Source of the DNA: Cenarchaeum sp.
GTDB lineage: Archaea > Thermoproteota > Nitrososphaeria > Nitrososphaerales > Nitrosopumilaceae
Assembly: GCA_965242695.1 (NCBI GenBank)
Contig: CBDESU010000001.1
Span: 1,824,001 to 1,888,000 of the forward strand
Length of the DNA: 64,000 nucleotides
Direction: 5' to 3'
Position numbers and translations under genes: made by a program. Below are positions 50,818-59,687 of this stretch, piece by piece (positions within the stretch are counted from its first letter, which is position 1; each line of letters opens with the position of its first letter). The notes under the pieces were generated by a model. The model did no database searches, was not told the origin of the DNA, and saw nothing but the letters and a program-made list of their open reading frames with translations.

Positions 50818-52338
50818 GTGTCGTACCCGCTCACCGCCGATGCGGGCGGCATCAAGGTAAGGCCCGAGCGGATGGAGCGCGAGAGGCTGTACCACTGCGT
50901 GGCAGGCGACAAGGTGATGCTCGTGTACAGGGACAACCAGGACGTCCTGCACTGCTACGAGGTAGAGGAGAGCGAGCTCGTCAAGAGGGTCAGAAGCTGC
51001 CCCGACAGGGGCATGGTCGACGGGATACTTGCCCGGTATGCGGCCGAGATCGGCACGGGGGACGGGGCACACATAAATAAAAGCGCCGGCGATGCCGGCA
51101 ACGAGGAGCCGTTGAGCAGCGACAAGAAGCCTACCGACGCCGAGCAGATACTCTCCGAGTTCAGGGCCGGCGGCGGGCAGGGGCCGGAATTGGAGAGCGA
51201 AGAGGCGGCCGGCGGCAGGCCGGCGCGGGGCCAGGACGAACGGTCGGCGGCCGAGGGGCAAGCCGAGATTTCTGGCGCAGGCGACTTGGCGTTCATGCCG
51301 CCCAATGCGGAGCAGGGGCAGGCTAGTGCCGAGCCCGAGCGGCAGGCGGCCGGAGATGCGGCGGCCGAGCCCGAGCGGCAGGCGGCGGCGGCATCGGTCG
51401 AGGCCGAGCCAGAACCGGAGCGGCAGGCGGCGGCCGAGCCCGAGACCGAGAAGCAGGCGGCGGCTGCGGATGCCGCCGTAGATGCCGAGTACGAGAAGCA
51501 GGCGGCGGCTGCGGATGCCGCCGTAGATGCCGAGTACGAGAAGCAGGCGGCGGCTGCGGATGCCGCCGTAGATGCCGAGTACGAGAAGCAGGCGGCGGCT
51601 GCGGATGCCGCCGTAGATGCCGAGTACGAGAAGCAGGCGGCGGCTGCGGATGCCGCCGTAGATGCCGAGTACGAGAAGCAGGCGGCGGCTGCGGATGCCG
51701 CCGTAGATGCCGAGTACGAGAAGCAGGCGGCGGCTGCGGATGCCGCCGTAGATGCCGAGTACGAGAAGCAGGCGGCGGCTGCGGATGCCGCCGTAGATGC
51801 CGAGTACGAGAAGCAGGCGGCGGCCGAGACCGAGCCAGAACCGGCGGCATCAGCCGAGCCCGATCAGCCAGCTCCGGCGGAAGAGCCCCCGTTTGGAACC
51901 GCAACTGCCCCGCCCGAGGCAGGAGAGCCTCAGGCCGCGCAGGAAAAGCCCGCGGAAGGGGCCGAGGCGCAGCCAGCAGGAGGGCAGGAGGAGGGCGCCG
52001 GCGATGCAAAGCCCGAGCGCAACAACATCGTGTTCATCGGGCAAAAGTCGACGATGGACTACGTCCAGGCCACCCTCACGAGGCTCTCAAACTACCACTT
52101 TGTGACGATTACGGCAAGGGGCAAGAGGATAACGCTAGCCGTCGACGTCTCACAGATGATCGTAAAGAGGATGAACAAGGTAGGCTACGAGATCAGCGAG
52201 GTCAGGATAGGCTCTGACACGATGGAGTCCGAGGACGGCAAGATACGCAACGTCTCTACCATCGAGATCGACATCGTCGACGGGATGGATCCCGGGCAGG
52301 GCGGAGGAGGCGGCGACGCCGAGCAGCCGGCCGCCTAG
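50818..52338 (+). CDS. Fusion ORF: small conserved protein, acidic repeat linker and Alba domain
   Basis: C-terminal Alba (IVFIGQKSTMDYV...ITARGKRITLAVDV...VSTIEI); internal ataaataaaa box near 51073 and in-frame TTG at 51112. Confidence 0.8.
   Translation: MSYPLTADAGGIKVRPERMERERLYHCVAGDKVMLVYRDNQDVLHCYEVEESELVKRVRSCPDRGMVDGILARYAAEIGTGDGAHINKSAGDAGNEEPLSSDKKPTDAEQILSEFRAGGGQGPELESEEAAGGRPARGQDERSAAEGQAEISGAGDLAFMPPNAEQGQASAEPERQAAGDAAAEPERQAAAASVEAEPEPERQAAAEPETEKQAAAADAAVDAEYEKQAAAADAAVDAEYEKQAAAADAAVDAEYEKQAAAADAAVDAEYEKQAAAADAAVDAEYEKQAAAADAAVDAEYEKQAAAADAAVDAEYEKQAAAADAAVDAEYEKQAAAETEPEPAASAEPDQPAPAEEPPFGTATAPPEAGEPQAAQEKPAEGAEAQPAGGQEEGAGDAKPERNNIVFIGQKSTMDYVQATLTRLSNYHFVTITARGKRITLAVDVSQMIVKRMNKVGYEISEVRIGSDTMESEDGKIRNVSTIEIDIVDGMDPGQGGGGGDAEQPAA
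51448..51807 (+). repeat. 45-bp perfect coding tandem repeat, 8 copies (EKQAAAADAAVDAEY)
   Basis: gagaagcaggcggcggctgcggatgccgccgtagatgccgagtac x8. Confidence 0.95.
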
Positions 52339-53291
52339 CCGCCGGCCCCCCTCTCGGACAGCCTCTTGAGTAGGGCAGCGTACAGGAACGGCAGTGCCGT
52401 CGTCGCCTCGGCATGCAGCGTAGCCTGCCTGGCCTGCCGCGTCACCTTGCCCCACGATATGGCCTCCCTGACGAGCGCGCCGCTCAGGCTGCCGTCAAAC
52501 TCCTGCGCCGTCGTCAGGTACAGCGCGTAGTCTAGGCCCCCCCTGTACTGGTTCCACCACAGCGTGTGGTGCTTTGATATGCCGCCGCCGACCATGAGGG
52601 CCCCCGACCGCTCGGCGTTGAAGACGAGGCCGGAGAGCAGGTTTGCGTCGCCGAGCGGGTCGAGCGAAAAGTCGGGGTGCTTTTGCGAGAACATCCACAG
52701 CTGGCTGCCGACGGCTCCGTCCATTATCCCCGGCACGACGACGGGTATCGAGTTCTCCGAGGCCCTGTGCAGGAACGAGTCGCCGCCGAGCCGCCTGCCG
52801 ATCATCGCCGTCACGTCGGCCGACGTCATCGTCCGCGCGCCGGCGGCGTACTCGGCCTCGAGGTACTCCTGCATCTTTTCCTCGATGACGGGGCCGTAGC
52901 TGGCCATCGGGACGAGGACGTTGCCGAGGCGGTGGATGTCGCGGTCGGCGAGCTCCGAGTCGTCCATGGTGAACGAGCCCTCTAGGTAGTCTGCGTGCGA
53001 CCTTGCAAGGTCGTGGTCGAGGGCGCCGCAGGTCGTGACGGCCACGTCGAACATGCGCGCTCCGAGCATGTCGCGGATGACGCCGCGCAGGCCAGTCGAG
53101 ACGACGGCCCCGACGAACGAGACGAAGCGGAGGCAGCGCTCGTCAGAGACCATCGAGTCGAGTATGTCGAGGCCGGCCGACATGCTAGTCGACTCGAACC
53201 CCCCCGATGCGGCCATCTCGGAGAGTATGGAGGCCGGATCGCTGCCGGCCGTAATGCTCATGTCGCGGACGGGGCGGCCCGGCTCGATCAT
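52335..53291 (-). CDS. dys: Deoxyhypusine synthase
   Basis: STGLRG, IHRLGNVLVP, GGGISKHH, FDGSLSGA...EAISWGKV. Confidence 0.96.
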   Translation of the reverse strand: MIEPGRPVRDMSITAGSDPASILSEMAASGGFESTSMSAGLDILDSMVSDERCLRFVSFVGAVVSTGLRGVIRDMLGARMFDVAVTTCGALDHDLARSHADYLEGSFTMDDSELADRDIHRLGNVLVPMASYGPVIEEKMQEYLEAEYAAGARTMTSADVTAMIGRRLGGDSFLHRASENSIPVVVPGIMDGAVGSQLWMFSQKHPDFSLDPLGDANLLSGLVFNAERSGALMVGGGISKHHTLWWNQYRGGLDYALYLTTAQEFDGSLSGALVREAISWGKVTRQARQATLHAEATTALPFLYAALLKRLSERGAGG

Positions 53292-53322
53292 GCGCAGCGG
53301 CGGGGCGGGGCGGTATTAAACC

Positions 53323-53598
53323 GTGGCATGGAATCAGGGGGAAGGGGCGCATGCCGGGGCGCAGGGCCGCCCTGCCGGGGCCCGTCCCCGATGCGCGCCG
53401 CTCGCGGCCCTGTCTACATGCGAGGAGCTGGACGGGTACGATCCGTCCGGAAGGACCGCCTTCGGCATGCATCCCCCCGAGGCATGGGCGGGCTTGTGCG
53501 AAAGTGCCAAGTACAATGCAACAGTCCTCCAGGCAGTCCTCATAGGGGGCTTCACGATAGTCCCCGGCTACGCCATTGTGTCCATCCTGCGGTACTAG
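53323..53598 (+). CDS. Small hypothetical membrane protein
   Basis: C-terminal hydrophobic stretch VLQAVLIGGFTIVPGYAIVSIL; start uncertain. Confidence 0.35.
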   Translation: MAWNQGEGAHAGAQGRPAGARPRCAPLAALSTCEELDGYDPSGRTAFGMHPPEAWAGLCESAKYNATVLQAVLIGGFTIVPGYAIVSILRY

Positions 53599-53708
53599 GC
53601 GCGCCACCTCGCCGGGCCTCGCAATCCTGCGTGGCCGGACGTATAGGCGATCGGGTACGATCATACTAGGCAGCAGGCAGATCTTGGTGCCGCCGTCGCC
53701 TAGCATCC

Positions 53709-54479
53709 TTATGGCATCCTAGTGGCCAGTGCCGGAATGCCGGCCTGCGCGGCCGCGGCCCCCATGCCGCCGCCTGCGCCCTGCAGGCAGTGTTCCGCCA
53801 TCCGGCCAATCCTGCCCCCGATCCTGCCATCCGCCGCGCATGGCACGGCCGCGGCGGCATCCTCGATCGCCGACAGCATCCAGGCCGCATCGGCGGCAAT
53901 CCCGCCCCCTATGCGCGCGGCCGCCTCCTCGCTCATTCCGCACCTCACCATGATGTCGACAGCCGGCACGGAGCTTGTCCAGCAGTGCAGGGCGGCGGCG
54001 ATGCCCAAGGCCCTGCCGGCCAGGCCTGCAGCGCCGGCGCCGGCGCCCTCGAGGATGCCGCGCAGCCTCTCCACCTCCGGCGGCACCCGCACAGCCCCCT
54101 CCGCGCAGAGGCCCATGCCCTGCGCCGCCATCGCGACTCCCGCGGTCGCCAGGATGGCCAGATCCAAGTCCTCCCCGGACAGGCAGGCAGCGGCCACGGC
54201 CTCTAGGCAGGCCCTGACCAGCACGGACGACCGCGGCGAGAGCGCGGATGCCCCGGCCCTTGCCCCGTATGGTGTTGCAACGTAATTGCCGTCCCGATCC
54301 CTGGCGACAAGGCCCATGTCCGCAAGGCCGCCCATCTCCCTGCGCACCAGCGCGTCAAGGCCGTCCGCCGCCTGCCCGCCGGCCGGCGGCGGCCCCGGCG
54401 GCCCCGGCGGCCTCGCCCACGACGACCATATGCGATCGACCAACGAGCCGGCCGCAACGGCGGCGCCCTTGCCCGCCAC
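53709..54479 (-). CDS. Fragment resembling the winged-helix and ratchet domains of Hel308/Ski2-like helicases, without motor domains
   Basis: LADMGLV...YVATPYG...LSPRS; AAALHCW...DIMVRCG...AAWMLSAI. Confidence 0.5.
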   Translation of the reverse strand: MAGKGAAVAAGSLVDRIWSSWARPPGPPGPPPAGGQAADGLDALVRREMGGLADMGLVARDRDGNYVATPYGARAGASALSPRSSVLVRACLEAVAAACLSGEDLDLAILATAGVAMAAQGMGLCAEGAVRVPPEVERLRGILEGAGAGAAGLAGRALGIAAALHCWTSSVPAVDIMVRCGMSEEAAARIGGGIAADAAWMLSAIEDAAAAVPCAADGRIGGRIGRMAEHCLQGAGGGMGAAAAQAGIPALATRMP

Positions 54480-54583
54480 TACTCCAAGGAGCTGCGGCAG
54501 CGCGCTGCCGGCCGGACGACGCGCGCCGCGGCCGCGGCCGCGCCCCCCGCAACCAATTTAAGGCCGCACTTCGGCGCGCCGCC

Positions 54584-55348
54584 GTGAGGCTTCGCGACAA
54601 GGTGGCAGTCGTAACGGGCGCGTCAAGCGACATCGGCAGGAGCACCGTCGGGCGCTTCGTGCAGGAGGGCGCAAGGGTCGTCCTCGTCGGCCGCAACCTA
54701 GAGTCGCTGGAGGCGGCAAGGAAGGAGGCCGGCGGCGAACCCGACGCGACCGTATCCATGGTCTGCGACGTGACCGACGTCGGCCAGGTCGAGCAGGTCG
54801 CCAACCAGGTCGCCGGCAGGTACGGCCGCATAGACGTGCTCGTCAACGGGGCAGGCGCGCTCAACGATCCGGTCCACTTCCACGAGATGCGCACGGCCGA
54901 CATAAGGTCCATGATCCACTCTAACATGCTCGGAGTCCTCTTCCCGACGCGCGCCGTCCTCTCAAAGATGGTCGAGTCGGGGTCAGGCTCTATCGTCAAC
55001 GTGGCCTCGATAGCCGGCCAGAGGGCCATCCCGCGCGTGCACCTGGCCGCCTACTCGTCGACAAAGGCGGCCGTCATTATGTTCACCCGGTCGATCGCCG
55101 TAGAGTACGCGCGCAGGAACATTAGGTGCAACTGCATTAGCCCCGGCATCGTCAGGTCGGGCATGATAAAGCCGTTCCTCGACGACCCCGGCGCGAGGAA
55201 GACGCTCGAGAACAGCCTGCCGATCAACCGCATCGGCGAGCCGGCCGACGTGGCCAACGCCGTGCTCTTCATGGCGTCCGACGAGGCGTCGTGGATAACG
55301 GGGACCGTCCTAGAGGTCGACGGCGGCAAGTCCGCGTCAGAGTCCTAG
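54584..55348 (+). CDS. Short-chain dehydrogenase/reductase
   Basis: VTGASSDIG, LVNGAG, YSSTK, ITGTVLEVDGG. Confidence 0.95.
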   Translation: MRLRDKVAVVTGASSDIGRSTVGRFVQEGARVVLVGRNLESLEAARKEAGGEPDATVSMVCDVTDVGQVEQVANQVAGRYGRIDVLVNGAGALNDPVHFHEMRTADIRSMIHSNMLGVLFPTRAVLSKMVESGSGSIVNVASIAGQRAIPRVHLAAYSSTKAAVIMFTRSIAVEYARRNIRCNCISPGIVRSGMIKPFLDDPGARKTLENSLPINRIGEPADVANAVLFMASDEASWITGTVLEVDGGKSASES

Positions 55349-55950
55349 TACGGGCCGCGCGAATGCCGGCGGGCCGCCCGGGCAACAAGCCGCGCGATCC
55401 TGAACGGCTCTGGCACCGATCCCTGCACCGTCATCGAGTCGAGCAGGCGACCGGCCTGCTCCGGCCGGCAGCCCGCGCACCGGACGAACAGGTCGTGCGA
55501 GGTGCGCAGGCGGATGCGCGTTCGCGGGCCCTGCCTCGAGAATGCGGCGGCCCTTGCCTCTGGGCCCGCGCCCGATCCAATGGCTGCAAGCCTCCTGGCC
55601 AGGGCCGCGCCGCCGTCGGCCGGCTCTGCGTAGCTGACGGCGACGGCAGGAACGCCGGCGCGCTCGCGTATCATCTCCAGGTCGACGACGTTGTACGACG
55701 AGACGACGGCGCCCGAGACGGCGACGAGCCCGACGTCGTCGCGGCCGAGCCTGGCGTGCATCGAGGCGATCTGCTCGGCCGCGTCCATCCCGCCGATCGT
55801 CGCGGATCCGAGGACGAACCCGTCGATGGCCAGGTCGCGCCGCATGACGACGCCGGCGAGAGTCGACGTGCGGTCGGCGCCGGCCGCAAAGCTCTCGGCC
55901 ACGAACAGGCCCCTCGCGCCGGGCTTGTCCAGGTTTGGGCGCGGCGCCAA
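55345..55950 (-). CDS. DUF99 family (endonuclease V-like) protein
   Basis: AESF, LAGVVMRRDLAIDGF, GGMDA, YNVVD, VPEPFRIARLVA. Confidence 0.85.
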   Translation of the reverse strand: MAPRPNLDKPGARGLFVAESFAAGADRTSTLAGVVMRRDLAIDGFVLGSATIGGMDAAEQIASMHARLGRDDVGLVAVSGAVVSSYNVVDLEMIRERAGVPAVAVSYAEPADGGAALARRLAAIGSGAGPEARAAAFSRQGPRTRIRLRTSHDLFVRCAGCRPEQAGRLLDSMTVQGSVPEPFRIARLVARAARRHSRGPY

Positions 55951-55957
55951 GCCGGCC

Positions 55958-56137
55958 CTACCCCGCGCCGCTGCCGGCGGAGCCGCCCCCGCCGGCGCCT
56001 TCCAGGCCCGCCTCCTCCCTCGGATGCCGCCTCCGCCGCGCGCCGCAGTACGCGCGGTACGACAGCGCAGTGGCCATCATGAGGGCCGCCGCGGCCAGCG
56101 ACCAGCCCGCAAAAGCGCCGGCGTCGAACGCGGGCAT
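55958..56137 (-). CDS. Small membrane protein
   Basis: MPAFDAGAFAGWSLAAAALMMATALSY; tttat upstream. Confidence 0.5.
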   Translation of the reverse strand: MPAFDAGAFAGWSLAAAALMMATALSYRAYCGARRRRHPREEAGLEGAGGGGSAGSGAG

Positions 56138-56187
56138 GCCGGATCGGGCGCCCAAGCGCATAAATACGCTTGCGGGGCGGTGCGGCC

Positions 56188-56391
56188 GTGCCCGAGCTCT
56201 TGTGCGAGGCGTGCGGCAAGCGCATGTTCCACGAAAACGAGACGACCCTTGCGGTAGAGGCCAAGATACACAAAAAGTTCTGCCGCGAGGGCGGCGGCTA
56301 CCACAGCTACATGCACCGCGACGCGGCGCACCCGGCGCCGTTCGATGCAGAGCGCGCGGCCGACACGGACGGCGCCCCCGTCCTCAAGTAG
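56188..56391 (+). CDS. Small zinc-finger protein
   Basis: CEACG...HKKFC; ataaata about 25 nt upstream. Confidence 0.7.
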   Translation: MPELLCEACGKRMFHENETTLAVEAKIHKKFCREGGGYHSYMHRDAAHPAPFDAERAADTDGAPVLK

Positions 56392-56442
56392 CGCGCGGGC
56401 GCGGCAAGGTAGATTTACGCACGGGTGCGCCGACGGCCGTCC

Positions 56443-57732
56443 ATGGCAGCGGCCGGCTTTCCAGGGTCAGAGTACTACGATGTGGTCGTCGCCGGAGCCG
56501 GCCCCGCCGGCTCGTCGGCCGCGCGCGCGGCGGCAGAGGCCGGCGCGAGCGTGTGCCTGCTAGAAAAGGAGGGGGCGGTATCCGAGACGGTCCGCACGAG
56601 CGGCGTCACGTGGGAGTCCGACGCCGAGCGGCTCGGCATACCCCCCTACTGCTACAATACGGTCGGCAAATTCTCGTTCCGCTCGCCCGGCCGGACCGTG
56701 ACTGTCGGCGGGGGCGCAGGAGGCGGGCCGCGCGCGGCCGTCCTCAACGTGCGGCGCACGTACAGGTGGCTTGCAAGGCGGGCCGTCGAGGCCGGCGCCG
56801 AGCTGTACACGGGAACGGCCGCGGCAGGGGCGCTGACGGGGGAGGGCGGCAGGGTCACCGGCGTGAGGGTGCGCGGGCCCCGAGTAGGCGAGGCGGACAT
56901 ACGCGCCGGCGTCGTGGTCGACGCGACCGGCTTCCAGTCCGCGGTCGCCAGGTCGGCTGGGCTTGTCGGGCCGTGGCCGAGGTACGGCGTAGGGGCAGAG
57001 TACGAGGCGCGCGCCGAGCATGCGGACCAGGACGAGTGGTGGATAATGGTCGGCAGCATGTACTCGCCGGCGGGGTACGCGTGGATATTCCCGGCCGGCG
57101 GCGACCTCGTCAGGGTCGGCGTCGGGATTGGCAAGCCCGAGTCGGCAGAGGACCCCGCGCGCCTCCTCGACCGGCTCGTGCGGGACGGGACGGGGCCGAT
57201 AGCTGGGCTCGGGCGCCTGTCCGTGACGGAGTCGCACTTTGGCCTCATACCCAACGGCGGGCAGTCCAGGCCGACCGCATTCGACGGCCTGCTGCTCGCC
57301 GGCGACACTGCCGGGCAGGCCAACCCGCTCGTGCTAGAGGGCATACGGTACGCCGTCCGGTTCGGCGCCGAGGCCGGCGCGGTCGCCGCCGGGGCCGTCG
57401 CCGCCGGAGACGTGTCGGCCGCCTACCTGTCCAGGTACGAGAGGGGGTGGCGGGGCGCCGTCGGCTCGCGCCTCAGGGCGGCCGGCCGCGTGCAGGACAG
57501 GTGGATCGGAATGGACGATGCCGGGTGGGACGCCGAGATCGGCGTCATCGGCGAGCTCGGCACGGGCGACTTTGTCGACTTTATCCGCGCCGAGTTCGGC
57601 TCGGCCCGCATGGCCCGCATGGCCGTGCGGCACCCGAGGATGGCCGCGCGCCAGCTGCTCGGCATCGTCAGGGGGGCGGCCGGGCGGCGGCGGAGGGGAG
57701 GGGGGCCCGGGGAGGCCGGCGGCCCGCCCTAG
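56443..57732 (+). CDS. Geranylgeranyl reductase family FAD oxidoreductase
   Basis: DVVVAGAGPAGS, VDATG, PAGYAWIFP, AGDTAGQANPLVLEGI. Confidence 0.92.
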   Translation: MAAAGFPGSEYYDVVVAGAGPAGSSAARAAAEAGASVCLLEKEGAVSETVRTSGVTWESDAERLGIPPYCYNTVGKFSFRSPGRTVTVGGGAGGGPRAAVLNVRRTYRWLARRAVEAGAELYTGTAAAGALTGEGGRVTGVRVRGPRVGEADIRAGVVVDATGFQSAVARSAGLVGPWPRYGVGAEYEARAEHADQDEWWIMVGSMYSPAGYAWIFPAGGDLVRVGVGIGKPESAEDPARLLDRLVRDGTGPIAGLGRLSVTESHFGLIPNGGQSRPTAFDGLLLAGDTAGQANPLVLEGIRYAVRFGAEAGAVAAGAVAAGDVSAAYLSRYERGWRGAVGSRLRAAGRVQDRWIGMDDAGWDAEIGVIGELGTGDFVDFIRAEFGSARMARMAVRHPRMAARQLLGIVRGAAGRRRRGGGPGEAGGPP

Positions 57733-57763
57733 GATTTTATAATTGCGGGGCCGGGTGCGCTCC

Positions 57764-58876
57764 GTGCACTCGATACGGACGGAGTCGCTCGTCAAGGAGT
57801 ACGGCGGCGGGGTGCGCGCCGTCGACGGGATAACGTTCGACGTCGACGAGGGCGAGATATTCGGGTTCCTCGGCCCCAACGGCGCCGGCAAGAGCACTAC
57901 GATGATGATACTCACGACCCTGCTCAAGCCGACGTCGGGCAGGGCCCTCGTGTCTGGGATGGACGTGGCCGCCGACCCGGGCGGCGTGCGGAGGTGCATC
58001 GGCTACGTCCAGCAGGAGACGGCGTCCGACGAGTTCCTGACCGGCAGGGAGAACCTCCTGCTGCAGGCGCGCATGAACCGCATGCCGCGCGGCAGGGCAG
58101 CCTCGCGCATAGACGAGGTCGTCGGCATAATAGAGCTCGAGGACATGCAGGACGAGGCGGTCCTGACCTACTCGGGCGGCATGCGCAAGAGGCTCGACAT
58201 AGCCGGCGGCTTGCTCCACATGCCGCGCATACTGTTCCTCGACGAGCCGACCGTGGGGCTCGACATACAGACGCGCCGCAAGATATGGGAGTACATACGA
58301 AGGCTGCACGACGAGTACGGCATGTCGATATTCGTCTCGACGCACTACATGGAGGAGGCCGACCGCCTGTGCGACGAGGTCGCCATAATCGACCACGGGA
58401 AGATACAGGCCATCGACACGCCGTCGAACATGAAGGCGTCGCTCGGCGACGAGGCGGCCACGCTGACGATCGCGGGGTGGTGCGCAGGCGGCGGCGGGGG
58501 CGCCGCGGAGGGCGAGGTCGGCGGGGGCGCCGCGGCCGCCAGGGCGCGCCTGGCAGGGGCGGTCGAGTCGCTATCCGGCGTCAAGGGCGTCTCGCTACAC
58601 GGCGAGGGCGAAGGCGAGGTCGAGGAGAGCCGCATGACCGTGTTTGCATCCGATGCGGCGCGCACGCTCGCGCGCGTGTTCGAGGCGGCCGCCGCCGCAG
58701 GCGTGTCCATCGGGTCGGTCTCGCTGGCCAGGCCCACCCTAGACGACGTCTTCATATCGTACACGGGCCGCGACCTGCGCGACGGGACGCCGGGCGGCGG
58801 CGGGAAGAACCGCGACGGGCGGGGCACGTTCGGCGCGGGCACGCCGCCGCCGCGGCCGCGCGGCAGGGGATCGTAG
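57764..58876 (+). CDS. ABC-2 exporter ATP-binding protein (DrrA-like)
   Basis: GPNGAGKST, YSGGMRKR, LDEPTVGLD, THYMEEA, PTLDDVF. Confidence 0.95.
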   Translation: MHSIRTESLVKEYGGGVRAVDGITFDVDEGEIFGFLGPNGAGKSTTMMILTTLLKPTSGRALVSGMDVAADPGGVRRCIGYVQQETASDEFLTGRENLLLQARMNRMPRGRAASRIDEVVGIIELEDMQDEAVLTYSGGMRKRLDIAGGLLHMPRILFLDEPTVGLDIQTRRKIWEYIRRLHDEYGMSIFVSTHYMEEADRLCDEVAIIDHGKIQAIDTPSNMKASLGDEAATLTIAGWCAGGGGGAAEGEVGGGAAAARARLAGAVESLSGVKGVSLHGEGEGEVEESRMTVFASDAARTLARVFEAAAAAGVSIGSVSLARPTLDDVFISYTGRDLRDGTPGGGGKNRDGRGTFGAGTPPPRPRGRGS

Positions 58877-58878
58877 CG

Positions 58879-59658
58879 ATGCACTTTGCAGCGGACGCGT
58901 ACGCCGTGTTCTGGCGCGAGATGAAGAGGTACCGCAAGTCGCGCAGCGGCGTGCTCATCCGCCTCATACAGCCGGTGGTGTGGATGGTCGTCGTCGGCAA
59001 CATATTTGCCGGCACGCAGCCGCTCATAGAGTCGGTTGGGTTCGACGGCGAGTATATCGAGTTCATGACGCCGGGCGTCATCATACTCACGGCCATATTC
59101 ACGAGCATTTTCGGCGGCGTCAACACGCTGTGGGACCGGCGGTACGGGTTCATGAACAGGGTCCTGGCCTCGCCCATGTCCAGGCCGGCGATCGCCGCCG
59201 GCAAGATGGGCGCCATCTCGCTCATATCGGCCCTGCAGGCGTCGCTGATCATCGGCATTGCGATGGCCATCGGCGTGAGGTTCGCCGACCCGCTGGCCAT
59301 AGCCCCGATACTCGCCACCGTCGTCCTGTTCTCGCTCGGGTTTTCCGGCATATCGGTGACGGTCGCGGCGACCGCAAAGTCGCAGGAGACGTTCTGGGGC
59401 GCGATCAACTTTCTCGGGATGCCGCTGTTCATGCTCAGCCCCGCCCTGTTCCCGCTCGAGCTTCTGCCCGAGTGGCTGTCGGTAGTCGCCCAGCTCAACC
59501 CCGTCACGTACACCGTGCTCCTCGTGAGGGACCTCATGGGAGGGACGGCGTCGTGGTCGCTTGCGGCCATCAACCTGGCCGTGATCGGCGCATTCGTCGC
59601 CGCCACGGCGGCCGTCGCCAGCTACGTGTTTACGCGCGAGGTCAACAAGCCGTTTTAG
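58879..59658 (+). CDS. ABC-2 exporter permease
   Basis: Six transmembrane segments; DRRYGF, LSPALFP, LNPVTY. Confidence 0.93.
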   Translation: MHFAADAYAVFWREMKRYRKSRSGVLIRLIQPVVWMVVVGNIFAGTQPLIESVGFDGEYIEFMTPGVIILTAIFTSIFGGVNTLWDRRYGFMNRVLASPMSRPAIAAGKMGAISLISALQASLIIGIAMAIGVRFADPLAIAPILATVVLFSLGFSGISVTVAATAKSQETFWGAINFLGMPLFMLSPALFPLELLPEWLSVVAQLNPVTYTVLLVRDLMGGTASWSLAAINLAVIGAFVAATAAVASYVFTREVNKPF

Positions 59659-59687
59659 CGCGCCGCATGCTGTCTGCAGACACGGTG

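Noticed and set aside
51448-51807. 45-bp repeats as a possible CRISPR array
   Set aside because: Identical contiguous units without unique spacers; coding.
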